Shown piece after piece: positions 44,806 through 56,519 of a DNA stretch of 64,000 nucleotides. Source of the DNA: Blastocladiella emersonii ATCC 22665 (lineage: Eukaryota > Fungi > Blastocladiomycota); the NCBI GenBank assembly GCA_025594325.1, contig JANHCV010000004.1:682001-746000 (forward strand), read 5' to 3'. Position numbers and translations under genes: made by a program. Each line of letters starts with the position of its first letter. Position 1 is the first letter of the stretch. A model generated the notes under the pieces. The model searched no databases and was not told the DNA's origin. It saw nothing but the letters and a program-made list of their open reading frames with translations.

Positions 44806-46318
44806 ATGCCGATTGGCGACTCCATGCAACGAATGCAACGACCAGCGCTCGATGCCCTGCCCGAACCCGTACTGGAGCTACTGCAGCAGTTCCTTGACGG
44901 GCGATCCGACGGACGTCTCCGCGCGACTTGCCGCAGTCTCTCCGTCCTCCCCATGGACCGCTTTGCCAACGCGCGATACTTGTGGTGTATCCGAAACGAG
45001 CGTCACCTGTGGCTGACCGACCCTGCTACCGGTGCCATCCTCCTGGACGAACGCGGCGAGCGAGTGTCAGTGCTCTCCCAGCTTCTTAACTCGGCGCGCG
45101 TGGACTCGTCTGCTGGACTATGCCTAGCTATTGTACTTGCGGCGCGTAAAGCCGACTTTGCCGCTCTGCGCCGATACCTTGTCAATGCTTTCGACCGGAT
45201 GACCTGTCATATTGCGCCTACCCTGACGCCCCTGCTCAAAGTCGTATTTGGCCAAGCCGAGCAGATTGCCGCTGCTCATGGCCGTGCTGCGCTGCATCAG
45301 GTTATCCGTATCGTTGTGGCTCACTCCGATGGTTCATGGGCCTTGATGGAACTCGAGTTTCACGACTTGTTTGCTGCAGCGCTTACCGACGAGGACCCCT
45401 CGCTCGAGCCGATTCCGTACTTGGATGTTGTCCAGGGCAAGTTTATCAATTGCTCCGTCGACGATCTTGCCAGCTCCGAACAATTTGCGTCGCTAGGGGA
45501 GTTGTGCAAGCTCGACACGGCTTTTTTTGGTGGCGGCCCTGCTAGGCGACGTTGCCCAAGTCGCGCCGATAGTTTCTTACATGGTTCGCAGTGGTGATGT
45601 CGCTGACGGCAGGCGTTGGGATGAACTTGGCGCGAGCGCCGTGCTCCTTGCCCTGCGCGGGGACCATGACCTGGTCATCCGGGAACTCAGCCGCTACAAT
45701 GCTGGCACTTTTATTCGCTTGGCCGGCAGGAAGTTCCCGCGCTCCGCTTTTGTTCAAAACCACAAGAGCCATTTGTTTGCTCATGCAATTCATCACCGTG
45801 CAGTCAAAAGTCTCCGATACCTTGGCCCCGCTATGACCCCCGACACGGACCCCAAAATCCTCGCTGCTGCGCTTGGAGGTTGGAACACAAGTGTTGTGCG
45901 TAACCTGCTTTGCGCCATCCTCGGTCTCGACGATCAGTGCAGCCCCGCAACGGAAACTGATCCGGCCGTGCACAGTTACGTGATGCACGCGGTCTGGCTG
46001 TACCTTGACACGACGGATTTGGTGCACCAAGCCATGCTGCGCGTTGTGATCGACCTGGTCCCTAAAAGTATCCTTCTCGCAGCGAATCTGAATTACGGCG
46101 CCGAGATCGTTAGCAAGCTTGCCGAGTCTTGGTGCGAGGGGACGCTCCGCTCCCTTTGCGATTTCGATGGGTTCGAGAAACTGGTCCGGTTGGCCACCGA
46201 AGACGGTGAGCTTCCGGAGGGCGACCTGGTTGAGCGGCTCCTTGACGTGAGCTTCCTTGACGCGGGCCTCCGCTACTGCCCAATTCGCGACGCGTTTGGC
46301 GTTTTCACGCCTTATTGA
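44806..46318 (+). pseudogene. F-box-like + ankyrin-like protein, tandem copy 2; +1 frameshift in the T7 run at 45522-45528
   Basis: Colinear with copy 1 throughout. Removing one T gives ELCKLDTAFLVAALLGDVAQV. Confidence 0.8.
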
Positions 46319-46562
46319 TCCGGGTTTAGTTAACAGCACCGCTAAAGCAATTAGTTATAAATATATTTTCAAGTTTTACTCAACATGAGACCCGATCGCT
46401 GCCTGCAAACTGTGAACCTGAGCGCAGGGACGCGCTGCGCCACTCACACGGTCACCACACGTCGCCACGCGATCGGTTGCCACTCGCCTTTCCAGGCGCC
46501 GCTGATCTCTCTCGACCACCACTTCCTCCCTCCATTCCCCATATCACGGAAACAACGCAACC

Positions 46563-47609
46563 ATGGATCATACTGCAACCGACTCGACGACCCCGCCGCT
46601 CGCGCTGTCGCCCGACGAGCTGCTCCTGTACGCGTGCGTCGAGGGCAACCTGGAAGCGGCGCGGCGGTTCCTGGTCGAGGACGGCGCGGACCCGACGGCG
46701 GCCGACGACGAGGACCGGTCGACGCTCTTCTTCGCTGCGTCGGGCGGCCACCTGGCGCTGTGCCAGCTGCTGGTCGAGCACGGGCACCCGTGGAACGCGC
46801 TGGACGCGCACGGCAAGACGGCGGCCGAGTACGCGCAGACGGCGGGCCACACGGACGTGTACGAGTGGCTGGTCAACGAGGGCGTGCGCGCCGAGCGCGT
46901 GTTCAAGGCGCTGCGCGCCATGGGCGCCGCGCCCGAGCAGCCCGACACCAACTCGGCGTACCTGCAGCAAAAGCTGGTCTACACGGCCGACGGCGACCGC
47001 CTGCTCGACGCCGAAAACAACGGCGTCATGATGGGCTGGGAGCGCCCGTTGATGCGCGCGTCCGTCGACGCCATCGTGCCGCGCGCGGGGCTCCGCGTCC
47101 TCAACGTCGGGTACGGGCTCGGTATCATCGACAAGATGATCGCCGACACCCAGCCCGCCGAGCACCACATCATCGAGGCGCACCCGGACGTGCTGGCGCG
47201 GATCCGCGAGACGCGCGACATGGACCACGCGGTCGTGCACGCGGGCACGTGGCGCGACGTGGTCCCGGACCTGCTCGCGGCGGGCACCCAGTTCGACGCC
47301 ATCTACTTTGACACGTACGCCGAGTACTTTGACGACCTCGCCGAGTTCACCGAGTCCGCGGTCGACCTGCTCGCGCCAGGCGGCATGTACTCGTGGTTCC
47401 ACGGCGGCGGCGCGTCCAACGCCGTGTTCAACGAGGTGTACCGGCGCATCGCGACCGACGACTGCCTGTCGCTCGGGTTCCTCATCGACTGGGAGCGCCT
47501 CGACATGGCGCCGCTTGGCGACGAGGTGTGGCAGGGGATCCGGCTCAATTACTTCAGTCTCGACCACTACTGGCTGCCGATCGCGACCAAGATCGACGAC
47601 GACGAGTAA
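46563..47609 (+). CDS. RMT2: Protein arginine N-methyltransferase 2 (ankyrin + GAMT-like methyltransferase)
   Basis: Ankyrin start followed by GHPWNALD, NNGVMMGWERPLM, VLNVGYGLGIID, HHIIEAHPDV, FDAIYFDTY. Confidence 0.95.
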   Translation: MDHTATDSTTPPLALSPDELLLYACVEGNLEAARRFLVEDGADPTAADDEDRSTLFFAASGGHLALCQLLVEHGHPWNALDAHGKTAAEYAQTAGHTDVYEWLVNEGVRAERVFKALRAMGAAPEQPDTNSAYLQQKLVYTADGDRLLDAENNGVMMGWERPLMRASVDAIVPRAGLRVLNVGYGLGIIDKMIADTQPAEHHIIEAHPDVLARIRETRDMDHAVVHAGTWRDVVPDLLAAGTQFDAIYFDTYAEYFDDLAEFTESAVDLLAPGGMYSWFHGGGASNAVFNEVYRRIATDDCLSLGFLIDWERLDMAPLGDEVWQGIRLNYFSLDHYWLPIATKIDDDE

Positions 47610-47805
47610 GTTTGGGTGTGTGCCCGTAGAATATGACTTGTATCGAAACGATTTGCGCACTGGTCTGATGAGATGAGACGCGCGAAGAGTCGAGCACTAT
47701 GACTTGAGCTTCTTGCCGCTCATCTTGAATCGCGATCGTCGTCCACGCGCAAAGCAAACGTATACTTGACCTTCACAGCAATAAAAACACTCCCAAACAG
47801 CACAA

Positions 47806-48920
47806 CTATGAATCACACGACCGCTTCAACCCAGCCCTCTCCTCATCGTCCCGCTCCAACGCCTTCGCCTCGTCCTCCTTGGTCTCGACAGGCGAGTGCG
47901 CGACCGTCGCCCTGCGCCGCCAGTTGAGGTACACGAAGCTAGGCACCGTGATCCCGGCCACGGACGCGATCCACGCGATCCCAACCGTCGCGCCGAGCCC
48001 GAGTTTCGCGCCGACCAGGACCGCCGCGACGATGGCGAACACGGACACGGACGCTGACCCGAGCATCAGCGGTCCGAGCGCGCCCGACGACACGGCCTCG
48101 CCCGACGACAGCCACACGGCGACGATGCTGGACGTGAAGATGGCGGGGAACACGGAGACGAGGCCGCCGGCCCACGGCGACGTGCGGCCGATCACGATCG
48201 ATGCGCTGACGGCGAGAGCAGCGGCGATGCCGCGCGGGATCAGCGCAGTCAGCGGCACGTGCGCGGTGCTCTTGGGCGCGGGAGGTGGCGTCCACCCGAC
48301 AATCGATCCGGCGACGAGCTGGAGCGCGAGGGTCGCAACGGCGATGACGAACGCGGTCGAGATGGCCGGGCTGATGGCCGTCGACACGGGCGCGCCGTCG
48401 ACGGGGACCGCGATGTTGGCGGCGACGGCACGGAGCGCGGCGACCATGGCGACGGCAAGCGCGAGCCAGATGAGGATCGCGGCGGCGAACACGACGGAGA
48501 GGAGCTTCAGGATCGAAATCCCTGGGAAGCGAGCACGGACGCGATCGGGAAAGTACTACGCGCGCACAAGGTGAGTCGGGCACACGAGCCTCGCAACAGC
48601 AAAGATGGTGAACGAACCTGCCACGCGAACAAGTACAGAACGTTGAGCAGCACGCCCGGGACAGACGCGAGCATGGACCGCTGAAACTCGACGACGCCAG
48701 CTTCCGTCGGCGCGCCGTCGGTGCTGCCCAGCGCAATAAACGTAAAGTAGAACCCGAGCGTCGACGGTACGATTGTTGTGGGAACGGTGCCCAGGATCCC
48801 GCCGACGATGCCGCCGAACTTTTCGATGATGACGGTGACGGCCGTGCACGCGATGCCAGCGAGGAGGCCCGACACGACGACGGACCACTCGAACGTGAGA
48901 CCCGGTATGCTTCCCGCCAT
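47806..48920 (-). CDS. Uncharacterised multi-pass membrane protein with an internal two-half duplication (DUF3147-like)
   Basis: Intron 48556-48617. Repeat halves IEKFGGIVGGILGTVPTTIV and GRTSPWAGGLVSVFPAIFTSS. Confidence 0.8.
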
Positions 48921-50984
48921 GTTTTTTTCGTTGCGTTTGTTGTGGTACGTGGGAGAGAGAGAGGGAACGTGAGCCCAGCGACCAGTTGCACTTGCCCCGC
49001 GCAACGGAAGAAACCTGCGACTGCGTTGCAAAACTTGTGTCAGCGTACCTCGGGCTTGCAAAACGCGTGTCCCTTCGCGTCGGATACGCGTTATATTTAT
49101 GCCACAGTTGCGCAGTTGTCCACGGTGAGTCGCGTCGCGACTGTTCAATCACGCGAGGGTGAGTTGGTGCTCGTTTACTCTTCGATCGCCTGCGACGGAG
49201 ATTGCGCAATGTCGTGTCGACCTGCGAATCAACTTTCGGTTCGTCATTCCGAGGAGTTTTGAGCCCCTCTACGCCCCCGGTAGGCTCATAGCAGGGTAGT
49301 TCGACATCAGCAAACCGCGTCGCGCCATGTTTCGCTGGGATTGCAAGGCCATCACATGTCGGATCAGATGATTTCGCGTCGCGTCCCCTCGTCGCAGGCA
49401 CGCGTCTGAGCGAGCTCTCAATGTCTGCTTCAGAAAACCCTCCATGACCAAACCATTATGATATATATTCTTCACAGCGACACCCTGCGTGCTGACGCGT
49501 AACGCCGCATCCTCCACCAACCACGTCCGCTGCGCGCTGCGACGCGAGTTCGAAGGGCACCGCCCGCACGCGAGCCGCGGACTTTTCACGGCACGCGTAC
49601 GAGCGGTGCCCACACAGCGCGCTGCAGAGCGGCGCGGGAAGGGGTCGACGCGACGGGCAGGCCGCGGACAAAGTTGCTTGAGTCGTTCGAGAAGTGGTGC
49701 GCGAGGCAGCGCAGGATAAAGACCAAACGGATCGATGTTGCAATGAACGGGTTGACTTGGGATGATGCGAGGTGCTGCGCGTGCAAAATGCTGGGAGACA
49801 GAGTGTAGCCGCCGTGGTGCGCGATACGGTACGGCTAAGTAGGGCAGCGACGCGTTAGACGATGTCCGATTTCTGCTGCGACAGCGGCGCGATCTTTTCA
49901 CGGCGCGTGCACGGGCGGCGCCCAGACAGTGCGCGTCACGGCGATCGGGGAGGACACGACCGCGAGCCGGTGGCGGTAAGTTGTACAGCGTCTCTGAAGA
50001 GGCACGCGAGTGCGTCAGTCGAGGGCGGGAACGGGTTTTGGTCCGAGTCACGTACTGGATAGTGAGGTTCGAGTGTTCAGATTCAGGCGGCAGCCGAAGG
50101 GGTACACGTCGATGTGCAGCACCGGTTGGCCCAAGAGCCGGAGAGCAACCACGACGATTGTGGATGGTAAGTCCTTGATCAGGGAATTGTCGAACTTGAC
50201 CGGTTGAGGTATGCGTGGTGAATATTTCGTCGTGATCCGACGCTAATTTGCTGCGCGTTGCACTGCTGAAAAAGTGACCGGAGCATCGCGCGAACAGTGC
50301 ATCGAGATCTGTCAGCCCCACAAGTCGAAGCTGGCGTCTGACATGCGAAAAGTGGGCCAAGGACCGCCCGTGAGTCGCCCACCTCGCTCGCGGGCCGGTG
50401 GGACTCAATCCGGCATGCTGGTGCAAGCCGCGCACTCGTCACCACCGCACCAGGCACTCTTGGTTGTTCCCGAGTACAAGGCAGCGTGACAAAACCGACC
50501 ACGGCGCTCTGGTCCCATCATACGGTTGCTCGACGGCACCATGCCCGACATCCCAAGATCAAGGCGCGGTCGCTGGCTCCAGCCGCGCGCGAGCGAGAAT
50601 CAACTGAGCCGCGACGCGGCCGAGCGAGAGCTTGAGCGGGGCGAGTGCGAGTAGTCTCGAGTGTCTATTTCATGTGCTGCATGGGTAAGGGTCACACCCA
50701 GGGAGAGCGCGCGGAGTCGAAAGCGCGCGAGCAGGGCGGCGCGGTCGGCTGACTCCTCCCGTGGCGCAACGCGTCCACCAGTCATCGCGTCGCTCAACCT
50801 CCACCTCTTCCCTCGCTCGAGCCGTCGCCTGTGGAAAATTTGATATGCATTGAACAGACAACAACAACGAGCGGAAAACAACAACACAAACGAGCCCACT
50901 CACCGCGTGGGCAGGGAGAAGAAAAGGGACACAAAACCGCGCGGCCGTTCCAGCAGCCGGAGCCAAAGCTCGCAAACCAGAAGC

Positions 50985-53368
50985 TCACATCCAGTACGCG
51001 TACTGCTGCTGGCCAGCGTCGCCCGCGGCGTCCGCGGGGTTCGCGCCCGCCTCGCCGCCGTCAGCGGGGCTCGCCGAGGCCGCCGCCGCGTTCCCCGTCC
51101 GGCTTGGGCTCGACGCGGGACTGCCCGCCGCGGCGGGTGCGCCAGCGGCGGTAATCGCGCCGGCGTTGGGCGACGTGGACCCGGGCTGTGCAGTGCCGGC
51201 GGCAGCGGTGGCGGGGACGGCGGCCTGCGCGGGCACCTGCTGCTGCGGGTACGGGTACGTGCCGTAGGCCGTGTACCCGGCGGCGGCAGCTGCAGCGGCC
51301 GCGGCGGCCGCCTGGTCGGGGTGCGCCGGGTACGGGTAGGCGCCGTACGCCGCGTACTGGTGGGCGCCGAGGTGGGCCTGGTGCGGTGCCGCCGCGGCGG
51401 CCGCGGCCGCTGCAGCGAGGTGGTGCGCGCCGCCGAGGTGCGCGGCGACGTGGCCCTGCTGCGCGTGCTGCGAGTGCTGCGAGTGCTGCTGCTGCTGGTA
51501 CGACGACTGCTGCGTGTGCTGCTGCTGCGCATGCTGCTGCTGCGCATGCTGCTGCTGCTGCTGGCCGTGGCCGTGGTGCTGGCCGTGGTGATGCCCACCG
51601 TGGTGGTGGTGCGCGTGGTGGGTGTTGGGGCGGCCCCACGAGAGCCGGACCTTGTTCCCGTTGATGACGAACCCGGCGAGCTCGGCGACGGCCTTCTCGG
51701 CCGACTCGCGGCGCACGTACGACACGAACGCGCAGTTCTTGCCCGGCGGGATCTTGACCAGCGTGATCTCGCCGAGCGACGCGAACACGGACCGCAGGTC
51801 GTCCTCGGACACGGGGTTGGCGAGCCCGCCGATGAACACGGTCGTGTTGTTCGGGTCGGCCGCGGCCGCGGCCGCCGCCGCCGCGTTGGCCGCCGCGTGC
51901 GCGCTGTTGCTGCCGTACCCCGACCCGTGACCGTGGTGGTGGTGGTTGTGCTGGCGGTGGTGGCGCGGCTCGTAGCCGTTGGCCGAGGGCGACCCGGCGG
52001 CCGACGACGCCGACGCGTTGGCGCCCGAGTACTGGCTGCCCTGGTCGCTGCCAGCCGCAGCAGCGGCACCGTCGTGGTTCTGGTCCTGGTGCTGGTGGTT
52101 GTGGTGATGGTGGCGGCGGTTGTTGTAGTGGCCCTGGCCACCGCTGCCGCCGTGGTGATGGTGGTTGTTGTGGTGGTGGTGGTGGCGCTGCTTCGGGGTC
52201 GCGGGCCCGACGCGGATGGCGCGGGTGCCGATGACGACGCCCGTCATCTCGTTGAGGGCGCGGGTCTGGTCGTCCTCGGCGTGGAAGCGGACGAAGCCGA
52301 ACCCGCGGGACTTGCCCGTGGTCGGGTCCATGACGACCTTGGCCGTCTTGCACGACGGGAACCGGGCCGTGAAGGCGGCGACGAGGGCGTCGTCCGACAC
52401 GTCCGGGGCGAGGTCGCCGACAAAGATCGAGTACTCGGGGGCCTTGGTGTCGTTGATGCCGCCGCCCGACGCCCAGTTGAGGCGGAAGTGCGAGTCGGGC
52501 AGGTTCGGGATGGCCGTGCCGTTGAGGAGGAGGCACTTGGCGGCCTGCTCGGTCGAGGCGAAGTCGACGAAGCAGTAGCCAGCCTGCGGGCGGCTACAGA
52601 CACGAAGCAGAGTGGGTCAGCCGACAATCGATGAGCGCGAGACACGTGGAGAGGGGGTACGGACTTGGAGTACCGGTCGCGGATCATCTTGACCGTGACC
52701 TCCTCGCCGCCGAGCAGGCCGCTCCACAGCGAGCGGACAAAGGCCTCGTCCATCCAGTTCTCGAGGCCCATCCACAGGGTGGTCTTGTTCGCGGCGCCGT
52801 CGCTCAGGTCGTCGGACGGCGCGCCGTTGGCGGGCGACCCCAAGCCCGAGCCCGACGGCGCGGGCATCTGGGCCGCGGGCACCGTCGAGTACATGTAGGC
52901 ACCGGGCGGGTAGTGGGCAGGCGCGGCGGCCATGTAGGCGCCCGAGGCGGCGGCGGCGCCGGCCGGGTAGCCCTGGTACATGTGGACCATGGGCTGGACC
53001 ATGTGCGGGTGGGCGGCGTAGGCCTGCTGCTGCTGCTGCTGCTGCTGCTGGGGCTGGAGCGACACGGCCTGGAGCTGGGTCGCGAGGGCGGCGGCGGCGG
53101 GGTCGACGGCAGCGGCGGCGGGGTCGACGGCAGCGGCGGCAGCGGACGTGTCGGTCGCGGTGCCGTCGGGTGTCGAGTCAGCGAGAGCAGCGGCGGCGGA
53201 CGCGTCGGTCGTCGCAGGGACGGCAGCGGGCTCGTCGGCAGCGGGCGCGGGGGTAGATGAGGCAGCCGCAGCGGCGGCGGCGGCGGGCTTCTTGCCGTTG
53301 TTGTTGTTGGCGCCCTTGGCGTTCTTGCCGGCGGCCTTTGGGGTCGGGCTACGCGCTTTGGCCGTCAT
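50985..53368 (-). CDS. Triple-RRM RNA-binding protein of the Nam8/Ngr1 (TRNAU1AP-related) family with Q/H-rich regions
   Basis: KTTLWMG, AGYCFVDF, FRLNWASGGG, EYSIFVGDLAPDV, SRGFGFVRF, DPNNTTVFIGGL, VRLSWGR. Intron 52594-52664. Confidence 0.93.
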
Positions 53369-53384
53369 TGCGGTGCGAGTAGAG

Positions 53385-53748
53385 GGTGGTGGTGGTGGTG
53401 GTGGTGCGAGTGCGGGGTGGCGATGGCGATGATGGGCTACGCGTACATGAGGGCGCGACAGGGTCGGTCGATGGTGAGGTTAGCCTCAGAGAGAGAGAGA
53501 GAGAGGGCGCGCGGAGCGGGCACGGCATCGATCGCCCGTCCGTGCAGGTGGCGGACGAGCAGGGCAAGGCCGGGTGCGCGTCGCGCGAGCGGTGCGGAGA
53601 GCGCGCGTCGCGTGATGGCGGCGGCGTGCGAGCGCGCGACCCTGCTCCGGCCCCCGTGCGACGCGTTTCGCGCAGAAGAGAGAAAACGCACCTGGACAGC
53701 GCGACGTCGTGGAGGTGCAGTGCCGGTTGCGGATGGATGGATGGATGG
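53385..53748. repeat. Microsatellites in the NAM8-like/GTR2 divergent intergenic region: (GGT)7 at 53385, (AG)9 at 53488, (GGAT)4 at 53731
   Basis: Directly visible. Confidence 0.85.
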
Positions 53749-54494
53749 GGGCAAAAATATGTGCGATGCGAGGGCGAAGGGAACGGACAGACGGGACGGC
53801 AAAATCGGGGCTTTCGAACGAGGAAAAATCAACCACACAACGAGAGGAGGGCGGAAATCAAACTGGAGGGCGAGCGAGCGGGAGCGGCGGTTAGTCTGCG
53901 TCGTCGTGGTCGTGCGAGGGAGGACAAGGGGGAAGGGCGCGGAGGGAAAGGGCCACGTCACTCGCGTCGCGCACACGCCGCGTCCGCGTTGCTGACTGGC
54001 GGTGGAGGATTCCGTCTGCTCCCACGCCCCGTTGAGCACACACGGAGGGTGGACCGCAGCCGTGCGTGACGTGCGGCGAGACATGGGCCGAGACATGGGC
54101 GAGAAGATGCATGCATGGTGGGTGGGCGCGCGGTTGCCGCGAGTCTGGGTGGGTGGTACTGACCGGCAGGCGGGCGGGTGCAGCGAGGAGGCAGAGCGAC
54201 GGGGGCGAGAGGACGAGCGCGCGACGCGTCGGGGTCAAGTCGAACGGGGCGCGCGTGCGCGTGCAGCGAAAGGGTGGGCGGACGCGTGCGATTCGACGTC
54301 GACGGGGCAGCGGCAGCGCAATGCGCACAGTGACGATACGGACGGGCAGCGATTCGGAGCAACGCGGGGGGTCGTTGGGAGTGAGCTTTGGGTGTGGGCG
54401 AGCGGTCGCATCTGAGGGTGCGTGCGGCGGGCGCTCGGCTGGGGGCGGCGAACACGCGCTCGCCGGCCGGAAAACGCGCCGTGCCGCCACGCCC

Positions 54495-54508
54495 ATCGCG
54501 TCACCTGA
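54495..54508. promoter_or_regulatory. ATCGCGTCACCTGA motif upstream of GTR2
   Basis: Identical to 14738-14751; 129 bp before the ATG at 54637. Confidence 0.5.
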
Positions 54509-54636
54509 CGCGCTCTCAGCCACTCGCCGACGCGTGCTCCTCGTCGATGCTCGCTTGCAACTCTCCCTCTCCCCCACCACAACGAACGGCACACGTAAAC
54601 GCCACCCAAGCACCCACTCCCCGCAACGCATCGACC

Positions 54637-55752
54637 ATGGAAATCCGCCTGCAGCTGCCGCGCGTGCTGCTCATGGGCCTGCGCCGGTCGGGCAAGACGT
54701 CGATCCAGAAGGTCGTGTTCCACAAGATGGCGCCCAACGAGACCATCTTCCTCGAGTCGACCACCAAGATGGGCGTCGAGCGCGTCCACTCGTTCATCCA
54801 GTTCTCGATTGCCGACTTTCCCGGCCAGATCGAGTTCACGGACCCGTCGACGTTTGACCTCGAGGCCATCTTCGGCGAGGGCGCCGCCGATGTCACCTCG
54901 GCGTCGGGCGCCATCATCTTCGTCATCGACGCGCAGGACGACTACTACGACGCGCTGCAGCGGCTGTACGTGACGATCGCCACGGCGCACCGGTACAACC
55001 CGAACCTGTACTACGAGGTGTTCATCCACAAGGTGGACGGGCTCAACGACGAGACCAAGATCGAGACCCAGCGCGACATCCACCAGCGCGTCACGGACGA
55101 GCTGCTGGACCTCGACCTGCTCGAGAAGATCCAGCTGTCGTTTTACCTGACGTCTATCTACGACCACTCCATCTACGAGGCCTTCTCCAAGGTCGTCCAG
55201 AAGCTGATCCCGCAGCTGCCCACCCTTGAGAACCTGCTCAACACCCTGTGCTCGAGCTCCAACATCGAAAAGGCCTTCCTGTTCGACTCGTTCACCAAAA
55301 TCTACCTCGCCACCGACTCGAGCCCCGTCGACGTGCAGAGCTACGAGCTGTGCAGCGACATGATCGACGTCATGATGGACCTCGAGAATATCTACAACCA
55401 GCCGCTCGTCACCTCGGGTACCGCTTCCTCGCCCACCGCCAACGGCACCGCCACCGCGAGCCCGCTCGTCCCAGCATCAGCATCCGCCTCGGACCGCAAG
55501 CAGGGCAGCATGATCCGGCTGTCGACGGGCATCGTGCTGTCGCTGGTGCAAATGGACAAGCTGTCGCTCGTGTGCCTGCTGCGCGCCGAAAACTACGAGG
55601 GCAAGGCGGGGCTGCTCGACTTCAACTTTGACAAGTTCCGCGAGGCCATCTGGGGCGTCTTCTCGCTCGAGCGCGCCGGCCCGCCGCCACCCGCTGCGGG
55701 CAGCGCGGCCAGCGCGGGGGCGATTGCGCCCGCGCCACCGGGCGGGCTCTAG
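54637..55752 (+). CDS. GTR2: Rag GTPase RagC/D (Gtr2)
   Basis: [75 protein letters not shown]. Confidence 0.97.
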   Translation: MEIRLQLPRVLLMGLRRSGKTSIQKVVFHKMAPNETIFLESTTKMGVERVHSFIQFSIADFPGQIEFTDPSTFDLEAIFGEGAADVTSASGAIIFVIDAQDDYYDALQRLYVTIATAHRYNPNLYYEVFIHKVDGLNDETKIETQRDIHQRVTDELLDLDLLEKIQLSFYLTSIYDHSIYEAFSKVVQKLIPQLPTLENLLNTLCSSSNIEKAFLFDSFTKIYLATDSSPVDVQSYELCSDMIDVMMDLENIYNQPLVTSGTASSPTANGTATASPLVPASASASDRKQGSMIRLSTGIVLSLVQMDKLSLVCLLRAENYEGKAGLLDFNFDKFREAIWGVFSLERAGPPPPAAGSAASAGAIAPAPPGGL

Positions 55753-55822
55753 TTTTACGGGAGAAATACACACAGTTTTGGTGATCGCAATAATCCATAG
55801 TCTTTATAGTCAATCAACGACG

Positions 55823-56519
55823 TCAGAGCACGCGGCGGTACTCGGACCGGCCGTAGTACGCAAACACGCCGAGACTCGCGACCGCGAGCACCAGACCGAG
55901 CCCGTTGGGCACCACGATGTTGGAGTCGCCCACGAGCGCGCCGTACCACGTCCACAGGAACGACGTGACCAGCGACATGACCATGCTCGTCAGCGACATG
56001 CTCGACGCGTTCTTGGCCGCAATCACGCGGCCCAGCGACGCAAGCGGCGAACCGAACATGACGACCGTGCCCAGGCACGCCAGCAGGCCGACGTGCCGCG
56101 TCGCCGCATCCAGCGTCGCGAACTGCGAGTAGATCAGGATCGGGTACACGATCAGCGCCGTCGCAAGCAGCTTGTTCTCCATGGCGTCCTGAACGCGTGC
56201 ACACGCGGGTTAGCCACCGTTACCCGTCAGCGTCCCACACAAGCCGTACCCGCTCCTGCGTGTGCACGTAGTAGACGGCGAGGTAGACGACCGACAGCGC
56301 GAGCCCCGTGGCGTTGACCGTGACAATGACCGAGTCGGGCAGCAGCACGCCGTACTTGGTCCACAGCGTGCAGTTGATGAACATGGACAGGAACGGGAAG
56401 ACGTCCGCCTGCCCGACCGAGTTGGCCTTGTGCATGCCGCGCACCGCCGCCGCCGGTGTCAGGAAGTACGCGATGGTGATGATGGTCGCGAACGCCGACA
56501 GCGCTGCCACGTCGACCAT
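55823..56519 (-). CDS. SWEET (MtN3/saliva) sugar transporter
   Basis: Two MtN3 repeats (PFLSMFINCTLWTKYG...VNATG; MFGSPL...LWTWYG...VVPNGLG). Intron 56189-56249. Confidence 0.93.

Noticed and set aside
14800-50600. Transposon or endogenous virus as the source of the less GC-biased islands
   Set aside because: No transposase, RT, integrase, capsid or polymerase motifs, and no LTRs, TIRs or target-site duplications were recognised.
49000-50600. ORF 49269-50435 (-) as a real gene
   Set aside because: Atypical composition and codon usage. Only one short F-box-like fragment appears, in a different frame and without a start codon.
50985-53368. CAG/CAC repeat tracts as unusual elements
   Set aside because: Ordinary polyQ/polyH/polyA low-complexity regions of RNA-binding proteins and transcription factors.
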